Notes under the pieces: generated by a model | Seen by the model: only the letters and a program-made list of their open reading frames with translations | Told to the model about the DNA's origin: nothing | The model's database searches: none | Source: Candidatus Pacearchaeota archaeon | GTDB lineage: Archaea > Nanobdellota > Nanobdellia > Pacearchaeales > GW2011-AR1 | Length of the DNA: 64,000 bases | NCBI GenBank assembly: GCA_018304165.1 | Contig: JAGVWS010000033.1 | Location: 60-64,059 of the forward strand | Reading direction: 5' to 3' | Position numbers and translations under genes: made by a program | Part shown: positions 7,032 to 16,911 of the stretch, in pieces | How the letters are laid out: each line of letters starts with the position of its first letter | How positions within the stretch are numbered: the first letter of the stretch is position 1

Positions 7032-10000
7032 TCAGAACCATTTCTTTAACTCAACCTGCTTATCCTTTTCTTTCCCAAATATGCTCTCAATATAACTCTT
7101 GGCCAAAAAAAGGCTCTGCCTGATATAGGGAGAAACATTGTACTTTGTCGCCAATTCAAGAGCCGGCTCAAGGTATTTTACAATGCTTCCATGAGAAACA
7201 GTAAATATGATCCTCCCCCCGCATTTCAGGCACTTTCCAACCAGGGGCGGCCTCCTGTAAATCTCGTTGCATCCAACGCACCTAAATGTCTGCTGTGAAA
7301 ACTTTCTTAAATTTCCCCTTATGTCTCTTATAAAGTGCCTTTCAATTATCAACCTTGCAACGTCTGATTCATCAACAGCCCTTATTTTCTTGTCTAATTC
7401 CATTTGCTTGTTTACTTTATCACGCATCGTCGGAAGGAATTTATAGGAAGAATTCAAAAGGCCCTTGTTGATATCGTCTGTTTCATGAGTATATCCTATA
7501 TTTGAAAATGCATCTTCTCCTTTTTTTAGGACATCCCTGATAGTCTTCACCTGCACTTCCGAAGAGTGTGCGCCCTTCTCTGAAAGTTCATATAACTGCA
7601 GGGGATATTCCATACCTACTTCAAAATCAAGAATCTGCTCATCAACTTCTCCTGCTCTCAGCCTGGAATTAAGGACAAGAGGCGCATCCTGCGTCCCTCC
7701 GCGATGCGCCGGAAGAAATTCTCTTGAGAAATTCAAAAGGACGTCAAGAAGCAGCATGACCGCGGCTTCATCGCCGTCGCATTGGCGTGTAAGAATTCCA
7801 TTAGCTAACACTACATGATTCTCTACATTTAAACAATAAGTTATTTGTTCCTTTTCGGCAGAAATTTCAATTATTGGATCATAAATAAAATTAGTATCTT
7901 GTTTAAGCCCCATATCCTTGCCGCCTTTTTTGTTTATATCATTGATTGCTATATCATTTATTTTAGAAAAGCTTTCCAAGAAATTAACTCTACAATTATT
8001 CCTATTAAAGAGGGGTCTTAGTCTTGGTAAAATTAAAAGATCTCCGATTTTCAGACCAGATGCAAATGCTGTTTTAATTGTATTCTCTTTAACTAAAAAT
8101 TTATGATTTTCTGTGGTAGTAATCTCTTTTCCTGTTGCAGTTTTTATTTTAATTGTTCTACTGGGAGAATGTTTAGTAAAGTTGTTAATACTAACTATTG
8201 ATAGATTATTTTCATTATCAAATCCAACAGTTTTATAATTTTCTACTTTTATCTCTTTAGTCCCATAATTATCAACAATATTTATTGGATTTAATTTTTC
8301 AACTAATTCTCCGATTTTTATATTATTCCATTGTTGACCATTATAAATTGGAAGCTTGGTATTATAATCAAAACAGTCCCTCCTCATAGCCGCATGTATA
8401 AACGGAGACGCAAGCAATCCCTGAGTCTTGCTGAATCCAATTATTCTTCCCAAAACCCCTGCGCAGTTGTGTGGAGACATGCAGGCGACCAGCTGCCCGA
8501 CAAGCTGGTCCTTCCTTTCAATATTATAAAAGGGCTTTGCTCCATACATTTTAACAAGAAGTTCGTCAATAAATCCGGCTATGTTCAGGAATACCTCTTC
8601 GGACTTCTCATCTTTTGACTCCGGACACGATGGAAGGATTATATCATGCGGTTTTATCTCCAGAATTTGCTCATCACTTGTTAATTCCTTGCCGCAAATA
8701 TCCTTTTCATAACCCATCTCCTTAAGCCTCTTGCTGCTCACTCCAATCTCTTTCGGCTTGAAGTGGGTTACTGGAAGCTCGGTAGCATCATACCTCACAG
8801 TTCCATCTTTATTCACACTAAGATTGTGCTTTGCTCTCAATATTCCTTTAGCCAGATTTTCCATAGAGTGGTTCTTATTGCTCGTTCCCCTGACTCCTTT
8901 TATTAAATGGGGGATATCCTTGCCAGACATTCCTAATTTTTTTGCTGCAGCTGCAAGATAGTTCGTGCTGTCAATTCTCCTGTTCAAATAAGAAGTAATA
9001 TTATTATGCCCTTCCTTGCCGCACTTCTTGGAGTAAATAATCTCCCTGCAGTCGCGGCAGTAATGCCTCTGCTCCGTATTTTTATCACAGCCCTCGCATC
9101 TTGCATAAATAGTATCCCTCCTGCAATTATTGCAGTAGTAAATTGGAAAATCCCCTTTTATAGTTCCTTTCTCGCTGGCCTCATTCACGCTTCTGAACCT
9201 TCCCCCCTCCTCTCCGACAGGAAAGAGAACGCTTGGGCTTCCAACCAGCTTCCTGAGCTTTGCCTTCTCTGGCCTCCCCATCCTGGCCCCTATAAAAGTC
9301 CCTGCCCTGTCTTTTATTGGCACAAATGCCAGTTTGTTAATTATATCCAAAACCTGCATGGAAGGATTTACTTTCAGCTTGAGATGTGCTATATCCTCTT
9401 TAAGAGAATATTGGTTATTTTCAAGAATATCCTGTAAAATTCCGAGATTATAAAGCAATGCCTTGCTCTCCTCTTCCTTAAGCACAACATTCTCCGTGGC
9501 AACTTCATGTGGCACGCCAAGCAATTCCAGCGCCCTCTTGCCTTCGGCAAACTGCTGTTTCTGCGGAAGGGAATAAGGAAGTATGATCTTCTTTTCTATA
9601 TAACTGTTTTCAAGCCAATAAAGCAAAGAGCAAAATAAACTGTAATCAATCTGCGTCCAATAATAAATATACTTTGGATGAAGCGGGATATTATACTCTT
9701 CACTCATCTTTGCCGCTTCATCAAAAGACACTTTGGAGGAGTCTATGTTCAGGGCAGGAACAGCTTTCTTTGCTTCAAGAGCCCACCATTCTTCGACATA
9801 CCCCTGCTTTAGAAGAGGCTGATTTCTATTCAATACATCTCCAAAAGAAAAGAGAATGTCTCCAAGATAAATAATCTCTTCAACATCCTTATAGCAGTTC
9901 TTTGCCTCTTCAATATTATTCACTCTCCTTACACTACCATTATACAATTTAACAATGGGCCCCTCAATGCTGTCGCAAACAGTAACAGCACATCCTTTAA

Positions 10001-11096
10001 TTGGCTTTTCTACTTTGAGTTGGGTTCCTATGGATATAAATCCTGCCGCAATCGCCATGGTAGCAGGATGTATTGAAGCTGCCGAAAACCCTCCAAACCG
10101 GCTCCTCCCGTACCTGAACCTAAAAGAACCTGATGCAGAAGGATGCCCGAATATCGGCCTCCCTGCAACCAGATCTTTAATATATGTGGGCGACAATTCT
10201 TTCTTTCCCTCATCTCTCTTCCTGTGAAGAGAAGTATACTCTTCAAGAAATTCCCACTCAGAAATTTTAAATCCACTCTTCTGAAGCTTTCTCAAAATCC
10301 TCAGGCCTTTCTGGGCCTTTTGCGCCAGCCCCTCTCCCAGAATCAGGCAGAAGCCACCCCTTATAAAATTAGTCTCCACTCTCTTAAGATCCTTGTAATT
10401 TGAAACTTCCCTGTCTTCTGTAGGCTCCCCGGAAACCTGGATTGGAAGATGCCTTGCCAAAAACTCCGCTTCTTCTTCAGTAGGCAGGTATTGTAAATTA
10501 GTAATCCTTTCATGATAATCATAAATCTCTGCTATTGTTCTCTTGATTTCTCTTTCTGTCGGCTTGTACTTTGCATATCCAAATGCCTCCCTGAGGTAAT
10601 CAATTAATATCAGCACTACGCAGGATGCTGTTGTTCCGGCGCTTCTTATTGGTCCTGAAAAGTAGGGCACAAAGTACTCTCCGCCGTCCTCATTCTTGTT
10701 AGTCTTTAATGCAGTATACCCCTCTATGGGGCTGCTTACCACTCCAAGCGTGCTATACGCGAAGCCTATTCTTATTCCTGCATCTATTGCTTCTAACTGG
10801 CTGCTAAAAGAACAAAATTTCTGCCTTGCGATTTCCTCAGCTATCTTAAAAGAAATTTCTGGCGCTAATTGCCCATACTCCTTCTCAAGCTCCATTATTC
10901 TGTTTACTATCTCTTGCTTGTCTATCTGGGGATAAATTGTTGAAATTAATCCAACAGCCTTAGCTGCAAGAGTAGCCGCCAGCTTAACTTCCACTTCCCC
11001 CACAGGATCATATCCTTTGGCTCTTGCTTCTCTTGCTATCTCATACAAAAGATTAACTCTGTCTTGTAACTCCGCAAAGTATTCTTCATTGCTCAT
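7032..11096 (-). CDS. polC: DNA polymerase II (PolD) large subunit DP2, containing a mini-intein
   Basis: 1354 aa with DP2 hallmark regions and Zn-finger clusters (CNNCRRD...CEGC; CVGCNEIYRRPPLVGKCLKCGG). Catalytic CDGDE motif immediately after the intein. Confidence 0.9.
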   Translation of the reverse strand: MSNEEYFAELQDRVNLLYEIAREARAKGYDPVGEVEVKLAATLAAKAVGLISTIYPQIDKQEIVNRIMELEKEYGQLAPEISFKIAEEIARQKFCSFSSQLEAIDAGIRIGFAYSTLGVVSSPIEGYTALKTNKNEDGGEYFVPYFSGPIRSAGTTASCVVLILIDYLREAFGYAKYKPTEREIKRTIAEIYDYHERITNLQYLPTEEEAEFLARHLPIQVSGEPTEDREVSNYKDLKRVETNFIRGGFCLILGEGLAQKAQKGLRILRKLQKSGFKISEWEFLEEYTSLHRKRDEGKKELSPTYIKDLVAGRPIFGHPSASGSFRFRYGRSRFGGFSAASIHPATMAIAAGFISIGTQLKVEKPIKGCAVTVCDSIEGPIVKLYNGSVRRVNNIEEAKNCYKDVEEIIYLGDILFSFGDVLNRNQPLLKQGYVEEWWALEAKKAVPALNIDSSKVSFDEAAKMSEEYNIPLHPKYIYYWTQIDYSLFCSLLYWLENSYIEKKIILPYSLPQKQQFAEGKRALELLGVPHEVATENVVLKEEESKALLYNLGILQDILENNQYSLKEDIAHLKLKVNPSMQVLDIINKLAFVPIKDRAGTFIGARMGRPEKAKLRKLVGSPSVLFPVGEEGGRFRSVNEASEKGTIKGDFPIYYCNNCRRDTIYARCEGCDKNTEQRHYCRDCREIIYSKKCGKEGHNNITSYLNRRIDSTNYLAAAAKKLGMSGKDIPHLIKGVRGTSNKNHSMENLAKGILRAKHNLSVNKDGTVRYDATELPVTHFKPKEIGVSSKRLKEMGYEKDICGKELTSDEQILEIKPHDIILPSCPESKDEKSEEVFLNIAGFIDELLVKMYGAKPFYNIERKDQLVGQLVACMSPHNCAGVLGRIIGFSKTQGLLASPFIHAAMRRDCFDYNTKLPIYNGQQWNNIKIGELVEKLNPINIVDNYGTKEIKVENYKTVGFDNENNLSIVSINNFTKHSPSRTIKIKTATGKEITTTENHKFLVKENTIKTAFASGLKIGDLLILPRLRPLFNRNNCRVNFLESFSKINDIAINDINKKGGKDMGLKQDTNFIYDPIIEISAEKEQITYCLNVENHVVLANGILTRQCDGDEAAVMLLLDVLLNFSREFLPAHRGGTQDAPLVLNSRLRAGEVDEQILDFEVGMEYPLQLYELSEKGAHSSEVQVKTIRDVLKKGEDAFSNIGYTHETDDINKGLLNSSYKFLPTMRDKVNKQMELDKKIRAVDESDVARLIIERHFIRDIRGNLRKFSQQTFRCVGCNEIYRRPPLVGKCLKCGGRIIFTVSHGSIVKYLEPALELATKYNVSPYIRQSLFLAKSYIESIFGKEKDKQVELKKWF
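7782..8375 (-). other. Mini-intein (198 aa, no homing endonuclease domain) inserted between ...HAAMRRD and CDGDEAA of DP2
   Basis: Starts with Cys (CFDYNTKL), TxxH block (TENHKFL), block F/G (YCLNVENHVVLANGILTRQ), ends in Gln followed by Cys+1. Coordinates verified codon by codon (C908=8373-8375, Q1105=7782-7784). Confidence 0.75.
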
Positions 11097-11545
11097 GTTA
11101 ATTATCAGTTAATATGGTTTAATGCCACATTTAGTTTATAACCCCATTTTGTTTATTTTTCATGTTAATTATTGGTTGGTAAGACTTTTATTTTTCATGT
11201 TAATTATTGGTTGGTAAGACTTTTATTTTATAACCATTCTTTATTTATTATCTGGGTTAATTATCAGTTAATATTCGTTAACAGCACATTTAATTTATAA
11301 CCTCATTTTATTTATTGCTCATGTTAATTATTGGTTGATAATTCTCCTCAGCAATTTATAATAATTGTTATGGTGGGTTATTGCAGATATTTATGCTATC
11401 TTTTCAGGATATATCCCATGACTTTAGTATTTCCCTATAATGTCTTGTGCTATATTATTTCCTCAATGCAGACAATAGCTTCAAAGTATATTTATTTTCT
11501 TAATGCAAACGATATTCTCAAAGCATGTTTATTAAAACAAAATTA
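11097..11545. repeat. Intergenic block of duplicated modules, including 3 extra copies of the DP2 start context (catgttaatta)
   Basis: Module gttaattatcagttaata / acatttaRtttataacc / tcatgttaattattggttgg is duplicated (11098-11230 and 11257-11345), with an internal 37-bp tandem duplicate at 11158/11195. Confidence 0.6.
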
Positions 11546-13222
11546 TCAGGCCTGGCTGAAATCAAGCACCCTCATCTTTCTTGTTTTCATATTAAACACA
11601 GGCACTTTGCAGGGGTCCGGATGATTTCCCATTTTCTCTTCAAAGGGCGTTATTGACTGCCAGCATGAAGAGGCTATCATCAAAATATTATTATAAACAT
11701 CAATATCCAATTTATGCAAATCCCCCGTAGCAACTATGTCTGGAACTGTATCAATAAACATAGGATCCCTGTCATGATGAGGGATATATGGGTTGAATGA
11801 ATGCGTTGGGGAAAGGTGCCTTCTTTTAAGAAGGTACTTTATAACTTTCGTCGGCGAATCATGAGCCCTTCCCAGCCTCAATTCATCAATTTCATTGATT
11901 ATATTATGAAAGCTCGCCCCATGATACATTAAAACTCTGAATCCTCTCTTCTCTTTGCTCCTGCCGATTCCTATTTCTACCAGAGAAGGATTGCTCACCA
12001 GTATTAAATTACTTAAGTCATATAATGCCGCCCCATAATCCCTCCCCACAGGGGGCTGCGGCTCTGCTACTCTTACCGCATCGTGCTGTCCCGGGCAGAG
12101 AATGATAGTTATATCCTTTCTTATCATCTTTAAGTATTTTGCAAGCTCTTTGTACTGCTCTTCAATATCCGGCAGCTCCAGAAGCTTTTCCTGGGCAGGA
12201 TAAACTCCCACCCCGTCAATTGTATCCCCAACTATAAACAGATATTTGACCTTCAGGGCCTCTTTTTTCTCCTCTTCCTCCCCCAGCCCTCCATTAATCC
12301 AATTTATAAATCTCAAAAGATTGTCTTTCAGAAACATCTTGCTTCCTACATGAATATCTGATATGAATGCCGCCGATTCATCTTCATCAATCTTTAATTT
12401 GTCTTCTATGAGTGAATCTGGATAAAATATATCATTAACGAAAACAAAATCCTTGTCTCCCATTCCCCTAATTCCGATAACATCATCAAGGAGGATCTCT
12501 TTAGCCAAGTTGTATAACTCCTCCTTGTTCCTGTTGACCAGCACGCTTATTTTTCCGGTGTTGTCCTCCATTTCTAAAATCATGTTCTTGTTCTTCGTTA
12601 TTCTCTTGTCATAAACCAGCCCGATAATAGAAAGTTCCTGTCTCTTAAGCCCTATTTTATTTATGGAAGTAAGGTTATTTAGTCCCTGCCTCTGCTGGAG
12701 TATGCCTTTTATTCCGTTGAATCTCGTACGAAAGTATTTTACAAAATCATCAACTTCTACCTTCTTCGCCAGCCCGCCATACACTGCCAAAACTCTTACT
12801 CTATTCAAGCTCTGCGTGTCAGATAATAACTTATCTCCCGGCGCTTCCAAGCCGGATGGTTGTTTAATTTCCCCTACACCCGCCGCCTCATCTATCTGAT
12901 TGATAATCATTTCTTTCGCCGGGCTTTCTTCGAGAATACCAATTTCCTTTCGTTCTTTAGACAATTCAATATTTATTCCCAAACTTATCCATATCTTTTC
13001 AACTGTTGTTTTTCCAACAACCATCCCAAAAGCATTCTGCAGCTGCTGGGAATTCTTCAAAAGGCTCGATTTGGTTATAACTTTCTGATTCATCCCTTCG
13101 CTAAAAGATTCTATTATCTTTTTAACGGCTTCTAAATTCCCTATTTTTTCAAGAACCTGGCATACTTCAGAATCCACCAAAACTCCTTTCTCAAGACAAA
13201 ATTTTAATATTCTTTGATCCAT
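11546..13222 (-). CDS. polB: DNA polymerase II (PolD) small subunit DP1 (calcineurin-like phosphoesterase)
   Basis: MPP-fold motifs (FLFIVGDTIDG, CPGQHD, MYHGASFH, GDLH) with N-terminal OB-like region. Immediately upstream of DP2. Confidence 0.85.
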   Translation of the reverse strand: MDQRILKFCLEKGVLVDSEVCQVLEKIGNLEAVKKIIESFSEGMNQKVITKSSLLKNSQQLQNAFGMVVGKTTVEKIWISLGINIELSKERKEIGILEESPAKEMIINQIDEAAGVGEIKQPSGLEAPGDKLLSDTQSLNRVRVLAVYGGLAKKVEVDDFVKYFRTRFNGIKGILQQRQGLNNLTSINKIGLKRQELSIIGLVYDKRITKNKNMILEMEDNTGKISVLVNRNKEELYNLAKEILLDDVIGIRGMGDKDFVFVNDIFYPDSLIEDKLKIDEDESAAFISDIHVGSKMFLKDNLLRFINWINGGLGEEEEKKEALKVKYLFIVGDTIDGVGVYPAQEKLLELPDIEEQYKELAKYLKMIRKDITIILCPGQHDAVRVAEPQPPVGRDYGAALYDLSNLILVSNPSLVEIGIGRSKEKRGFRVLMYHGASFHNIINEIDELRLGRAHDSPTKVIKYLLKRRHLSPTHSFNPYIPHHDRDPMFIDTVPDIVATGDLHKLDIDVYNNILMIASSCWQSITPFEEKMGNHPDPCKVPVFNMKTRKMRVLDFSQA

Positions 13223-13261
13223 TTTTCAAATGAGTTTAATTTGTTAAACATTTTGTTATTA

Positions 13262-13400
13262 TTTGTCAAAACTATAGCTGGGAACTTTAATAGCTGAACT
13301 GTTAATCATTGACTACATACTCTGGATACCTCAATAGCTGAACTGTTAATCATTGACTACATACTCTGGATACTTTAATAGCTGAACCGTTAATCATTGA
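13262..13400. repeat. 45-bp tandem repeat x about 2.7 (aatagctgaactgttaatcattgactacatactctggatac) between cdc6 and DP1
   Basis: Direct repeats seen in sequence at 13280, 13325 and 13371. Confidence 0.7.
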
Positions 13401-13509
13401 CTATTAAGTAAAGGACATGCTATTTTGGTTAATTATTTATGTCTTTCACTATATCTCAATAATTTGAATGTACCTTGCCCGTCTGAACTTTTGAATATTA
13501 AATAAAAAA

Positions 13510-14982
13510 TCAAAAGTTCAGGCTGTCTGTTATTATTTCTCTCGCTCTTGGTATTATTTGCTCTGGAATGAGAAGCTTAATCTCCCTGGTTCTTCCATAC
13601 CTTCCCTTGCTTATTACTCTTGCATTTATCAATCCAAGCATGTCAAATTCGGCTATCAGATCTCCCACCCTTCTCTGAGTAAGTATTTCGTTCCTGCTCT
13701 TCCTGCACAGTTCCTGATATAAATTGTATATGTCTCCTGTAAAAATTTTCTGGTTTTTTTGGTTCTGGGCCCGTCTTTTATTATTCATCAACTCCAGTGC
13801 AGCAAGAAGAACTATCTGAAACTGCTTAGGAGCAGAGGAGATTATATCTAATATTTTATCCTTGTCTATTTTCTCATTGGCTATATCAATATGCTTTACA
13901 TCTATTCCACTCTCTCCGGCTCTCTCTGCAATTTCTCCTGCCACTCTTAGCAAGTCTAGAGCTCTTCTTGCATCTCCATGCTCTCTCGCAGCGTACGCTG
14001 CACATTTAGCTATAACTCCCTCTCCCAAAACCCCCTGTTTAAAAGAAACATCTGCTCTTTTCTTTAGAATATCCTGCAACTGCAGGGCATTGTACGGCGG
14101 AAAAATAATTTCTTCTTCAGACAAACTGCTCCTCACTCTTGGATCAATCAAGTCCAGAAATTTTAGATCATTGCTTATCCCTACTATGCTTAATGTTGTT
14201 TTATCTAGCTCAGAATTCATTCTCGTCAGATTATATAAGAAATCACTGGATATTTTCTTGACTGCCTGGTCTATTTCATCCAATATCAGGATGAATGTTT
14301 GTTTTTCTGATTCAATAAGGTCTATAAATTTATTATAAACCTGGTCTGTTGGAAGCCCGGTAGCAGGCACTTCTCCCCCCATCTTTTTAATAAGTTCTGC
14401 AAGAATTCTATATTCCGTATCTGCAACTTTTTTCAGTTTGCAGTTTAAGTATTCTATTTTAAGGGGAATTTCTAATTTTTTAGCCTTGTTTAAAAGTTGC
14501 TCCTTCATATACTTAATGCATATAGTCTTACCGCTTCCCGTCTGCCCGTAAACAAATAAGTTGCTTGTCCTCTCCCCCCTCAAAGCAGGTGCAAGAATGC
14601 TTGCAACCTGCTCAAGCTGCTCATCTCTGTGAATTATTTCATCAGGATGATACTTTGTCTGCAAGTGGCTCTTATCTTGAAATATACTTTCCTTAGCAAA
14701 AGAATCAAAAATCCGGTCTATTTTGCTCTTCATTCCCTGATTATTAATATTATCAGAATTATTTTTTATCCCATGATTAATTAGGTTATTAGAACTATTT
14801 TCCATCTCCCAATTAGTTAGATTATTAACATTACTTTTTATTTCCTGATTAAGTATATTATTAACATTACTTTTTATCTCTGCATTATTAATTTCTCTAT
14901 TATTAATATTATTAACACCCCTCTTTACTTCCTGATTATTAATTACGCTATTATCAATATTATAAATATTATCAACACTCAT
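13510..14982 (-). CDS. cdc6: Orc1/Cdc6 replication initiator (AAA+ plus winged helix), with a repetitive Asn/Ile-rich N-terminal extension
   Basis: Walker A GQTGSGKT, Walker B ILDEID, sensor motifs, C-terminal wH. Canonical Cdc6 N-terminus begins near M84 (IFQDKSHLQTKYHPDEIIHRDEQL). Residues 1-83 are about 12-aa periodic repeats encoded by 36-bp DNA repeats. Confidence 0.9.
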   Translation of the reverse strand: MSVDNIYNIDNSVINNQEVKRGVNNINNREINNAEIKSNVNNILNQEIKSNVNNLTNWEMENSSNNLINHGIKNNSDNINNQGMKSKIDRIFDSFAKESIFQDKSHLQTKYHPDEIIHRDEQLEQVASILAPALRGERTSNLFVYGQTGSGKTICIKYMKEQLLNKAKKLEIPLKIEYLNCKLKKVADTEYRILAELIKKMGGEVPATGLPTDQVYNKFIDLIESEKQTFILILDEIDQAVKKISSDFLYNLTRMNSELDKTTLSIVGISNDLKFLDLIDPRVRSSLSEEEIIFPPYNALQLQDILKKRADVSFKQGVLGEGVIAKCAAYAAREHGDARRALDLLRVAGEIAERAGESGIDVKHIDIANEKIDKDKILDIISSAPKQFQIVLLAALELMNNKRRAQNQKNQKIFTGDIYNLYQELCRKSRNEILTQRRVGDLIAEFDMLGLINARVISKGRYGRTREIKLLIPEQIIPRAREIITDSLNF

Positions 14983-15414
14983 TTTTACCCTCTTACCTCT
15001 TTTCTTTAAAATAGATTAGATTCAACCATTTCTTCATTTTATAAAACTTTAGATACTCTATAATATGGTAACAACTTATATTTATCCTATTTATCTCACC
15101 CTTTTATCTCACTATCTCCCCTTCTTATCTCACACCTCTATTTCTTATGGAAACCATATAATAACAAAAAATTTCCTTGAAAAAAGGTATTTTTTAGTTT
15201 ATATCTGATAAAATTAAAAAATAACAGTTAACCTTTTCTTCCTGTGGAAATATTAAGCTAATATATATTCTAAGTTATATTATATTATATTATAATTATT
15301 TTAATATATATAATATATAATATAAAACTTTTTAAACAAAAAAAGAAAAAAGAAAACCAACTTTCATTTTATAAAGTTTTCTATGAGAAACAAAGGGGTC
15401 AGGGTCTATATTAC
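14983..15414. promoter_or_regulatory. Candidate replication origin (oriC): ORB-like boxes plus extreme AT tract (DUE) upstream of cdc6
   Basis: ttcCTGTGGAAATat (15237) and TGGAAACC (15145) resemble the archaeal mini-ORB core CCAGTGGAAAC. ttatctcac occurs x3 (15092-15135). A (tatat)-rich tract at 15258-15345 is a DUE candidate. Position next to cdc6 and PolD matches typical archaeal origins. Confidence 0.4.
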
Positions 15415-15798
15415 TCAATAACCTAAATTTTTAAGGTAATAAGCTGTATAAGGCGCTAAAGGATGAGGCAAATTGTTGATATCAAACCATTCTAATGCTT
15501 CACACTTATGTAGCTCCATTATCTTTGGTTCTCCTTCTGTTATTTCTGCTTCATATCCACTAAATTCTTCTTCTGCTTCTTCTATCTTCCATTTATAAAC
15601 CCCTAAATTTTTCTTCAAACTTATTATTATTCCTAACTCTTCTTTTGCCTCTCTTACTATTCCATTTTTTATTGTTTCTCCTTCTTCTATTTTTCCACCC
15701 GGGTTTGACCATTGATTATTGAAGAACTTCACATTTTTTCTCTTCATTAATAACACCTTCCCCCCACTAATTATTATGCATCCTCCTCCAATTATCAT
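15415..15798 (-). CDS. Nudix hydrolase
   Basis: Nudix box GGKIEEGETIKNGIVREAKEELGI. Confidence 0.7.
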   Translation of the reverse strand: MIIGGGCIIISGGKVLLMKRKNVKFFNNQWSNPGGKIEEGETIKNGIVREAKEELGIIISLKKNLGVYKWKIEEAEEEFSGYEAEITEGEPKIMELHKCEALEWFDINNLPHPLAPYTAYYLKNLGY

Positions 15799-15842
15799 AC
15801 ATTATTGACTGTAGAAAAGTTTATAAAGAATTTCATTATTAA

Positions 15843-16109
15843 TTGCTTATGGCAATTGATAAGAAGCCTTTCAGCGCTATTCTAAGCAAGCTCATAGTAA
15901 CGAAAGAGGGTAAGAGATTAGGGATGGTTAAGGATATTACATTTGAAACCAGAACAGGAGAATTAATTCATTTAGTTGTTAAAGATCCTACCCCTTACAC
16001 AAAAAACCTGAACTTGGAATCTACACAATCCAAAGAAATTCTCATACCTTATAATTCTATAATTGCTATCGGCGACTTTGTTGTTGTTTCTGAAGAAGAT
16101 TTAGTTTAA
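15843..16109 (+). CDS. PRC-barrel domain protein
   Basis: Size and pattern (GKRLGMVKDITFETRTGELIHLVV...IPYNSIIAIGDFVVV) typical of archaeal PRC barrel proteins. Confidence 0.45.
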   Translation: MLMAIDKKPFSAILSKLIVTKEGKRLGMVKDITFETRTGELIHLVVKDPTPYTKNLNLESTQSKEILIPYNSIIAIGDFVVVSEEDLV

Positions 16110-16154
16110 GTTATTGTTATCAAAATATAAAATAATATCTTCCTTATTTATTCA

Positions 16155-16359
16155 GTATCTCTGATACAGCTATAAATTAGCAATAAGTTCAGAAGCCTGC
16201 AGTTAATGTGAATATTATAAGATAAGCATTAATAGGCAATTTATAATACTTACCATCAGGAATAATTATACTACGTTATCGTCTCAAGATTGATTAATGT
16301 GTTCTATTTATTGATAACCCTAATTCTATTGAATATAATACTATTCATCAGAGATACTT
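16155..16359. mobile_element. MITE-like element (about 205 bp), inverted orientation relative to the copies at 53.4 kb and 60.6 kb
   Basis: Ends GTATCTCTGATACAGC... and ...CATCAGAGATACTT match the family TIR (GAGTATCTCCGAT). Length matches the other copies. Confidence 0.6.
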
Positions 16360-16400
16360 GCTACAACAAACTTTAAAAAGCAATTCTTCCAACCATCCTA

Positions 16401-16847
16401 ATGAAAGTTATAGGATTCGGCCTTACAAAGCAATTTGCAGAAAAGCTTATTGAGCCCCAGAACAATTTTTCAGTTAATACCGGAATAAACATTAAAGATA
16501 TCCAGCCGGCTAAAGTAGACTTTCTCAGGAATGAAGAAGCTCTAAGCTTCAGTTTTGAGCTTAAAATATCGTATGAGAAGGATATAGCTAAACTCTCCTT
16601 TAACGGAAATGTTCTTGTGGCTATGGATAAAAAATCTGCCTCTGATGTTCTTAAAAAGTGGAAAGATAAAAAAATCCCCGACCTGGTAAGAATATCCTTA
16701 TTTAATTTTATTATGGCCCGCTGCACTGTTAAGGCCCTGCAGTTTGAAGAGGAATTTAATCTTCCCAAACATATTCAAATCCCCCAATTCAGGGGGGAAG
16801 CAGCTGAGCCGGAAATGCCCGAAAAGGCCAAAGAAAAGAGCAGATAA
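16401..16847 (+). CDS. Hypothetical protein
   Basis: ORF with no recognised motif. Confidence 0.3.
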   Translation: MKVIGFGLTKQFAEKLIEPQNNFSVNTGINIKDIQPAKVDFLRNEEALSFSFELKISYEKDIAKLSFNGNVLVAMDKKSASDVLKKWKDKKIPDLVRISLFNFIMARCTVKALQFEEEFNLPKHIQIPQFRGEAAEPEMPEKAKEKSR

Positions 16848-16911
16848 TTACTATTTTATTATTCTACTATTCTAAGGCAAGATATAAAAATACTTATCCT
16901 TTCTTCCTATT

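Noticed and set aside
7918-10935. Eight plus-strand ORFs nested inside PolD DP2 (7918-8106 through 10696-10935), and antisense ORFs inside the surface-protein gene (22302-23191).
   Set aside because: They are antisense to long, motif-rich CDSs. The 22302-23191 set is created by DNA-level repeats. No independent support.
13262-13400. 45-bp repeats between cdc6 and DP1 as origin recognition boxes.
   Set aside because: The units (ctgaactgttaatcattgactacatactctggatac) do not contain the CCAGTGGAAAC-type ORB core. The better ORB-like matches and the AT tract are on the other (upstream) side of cdc6. Kept only as a tandem repeat.
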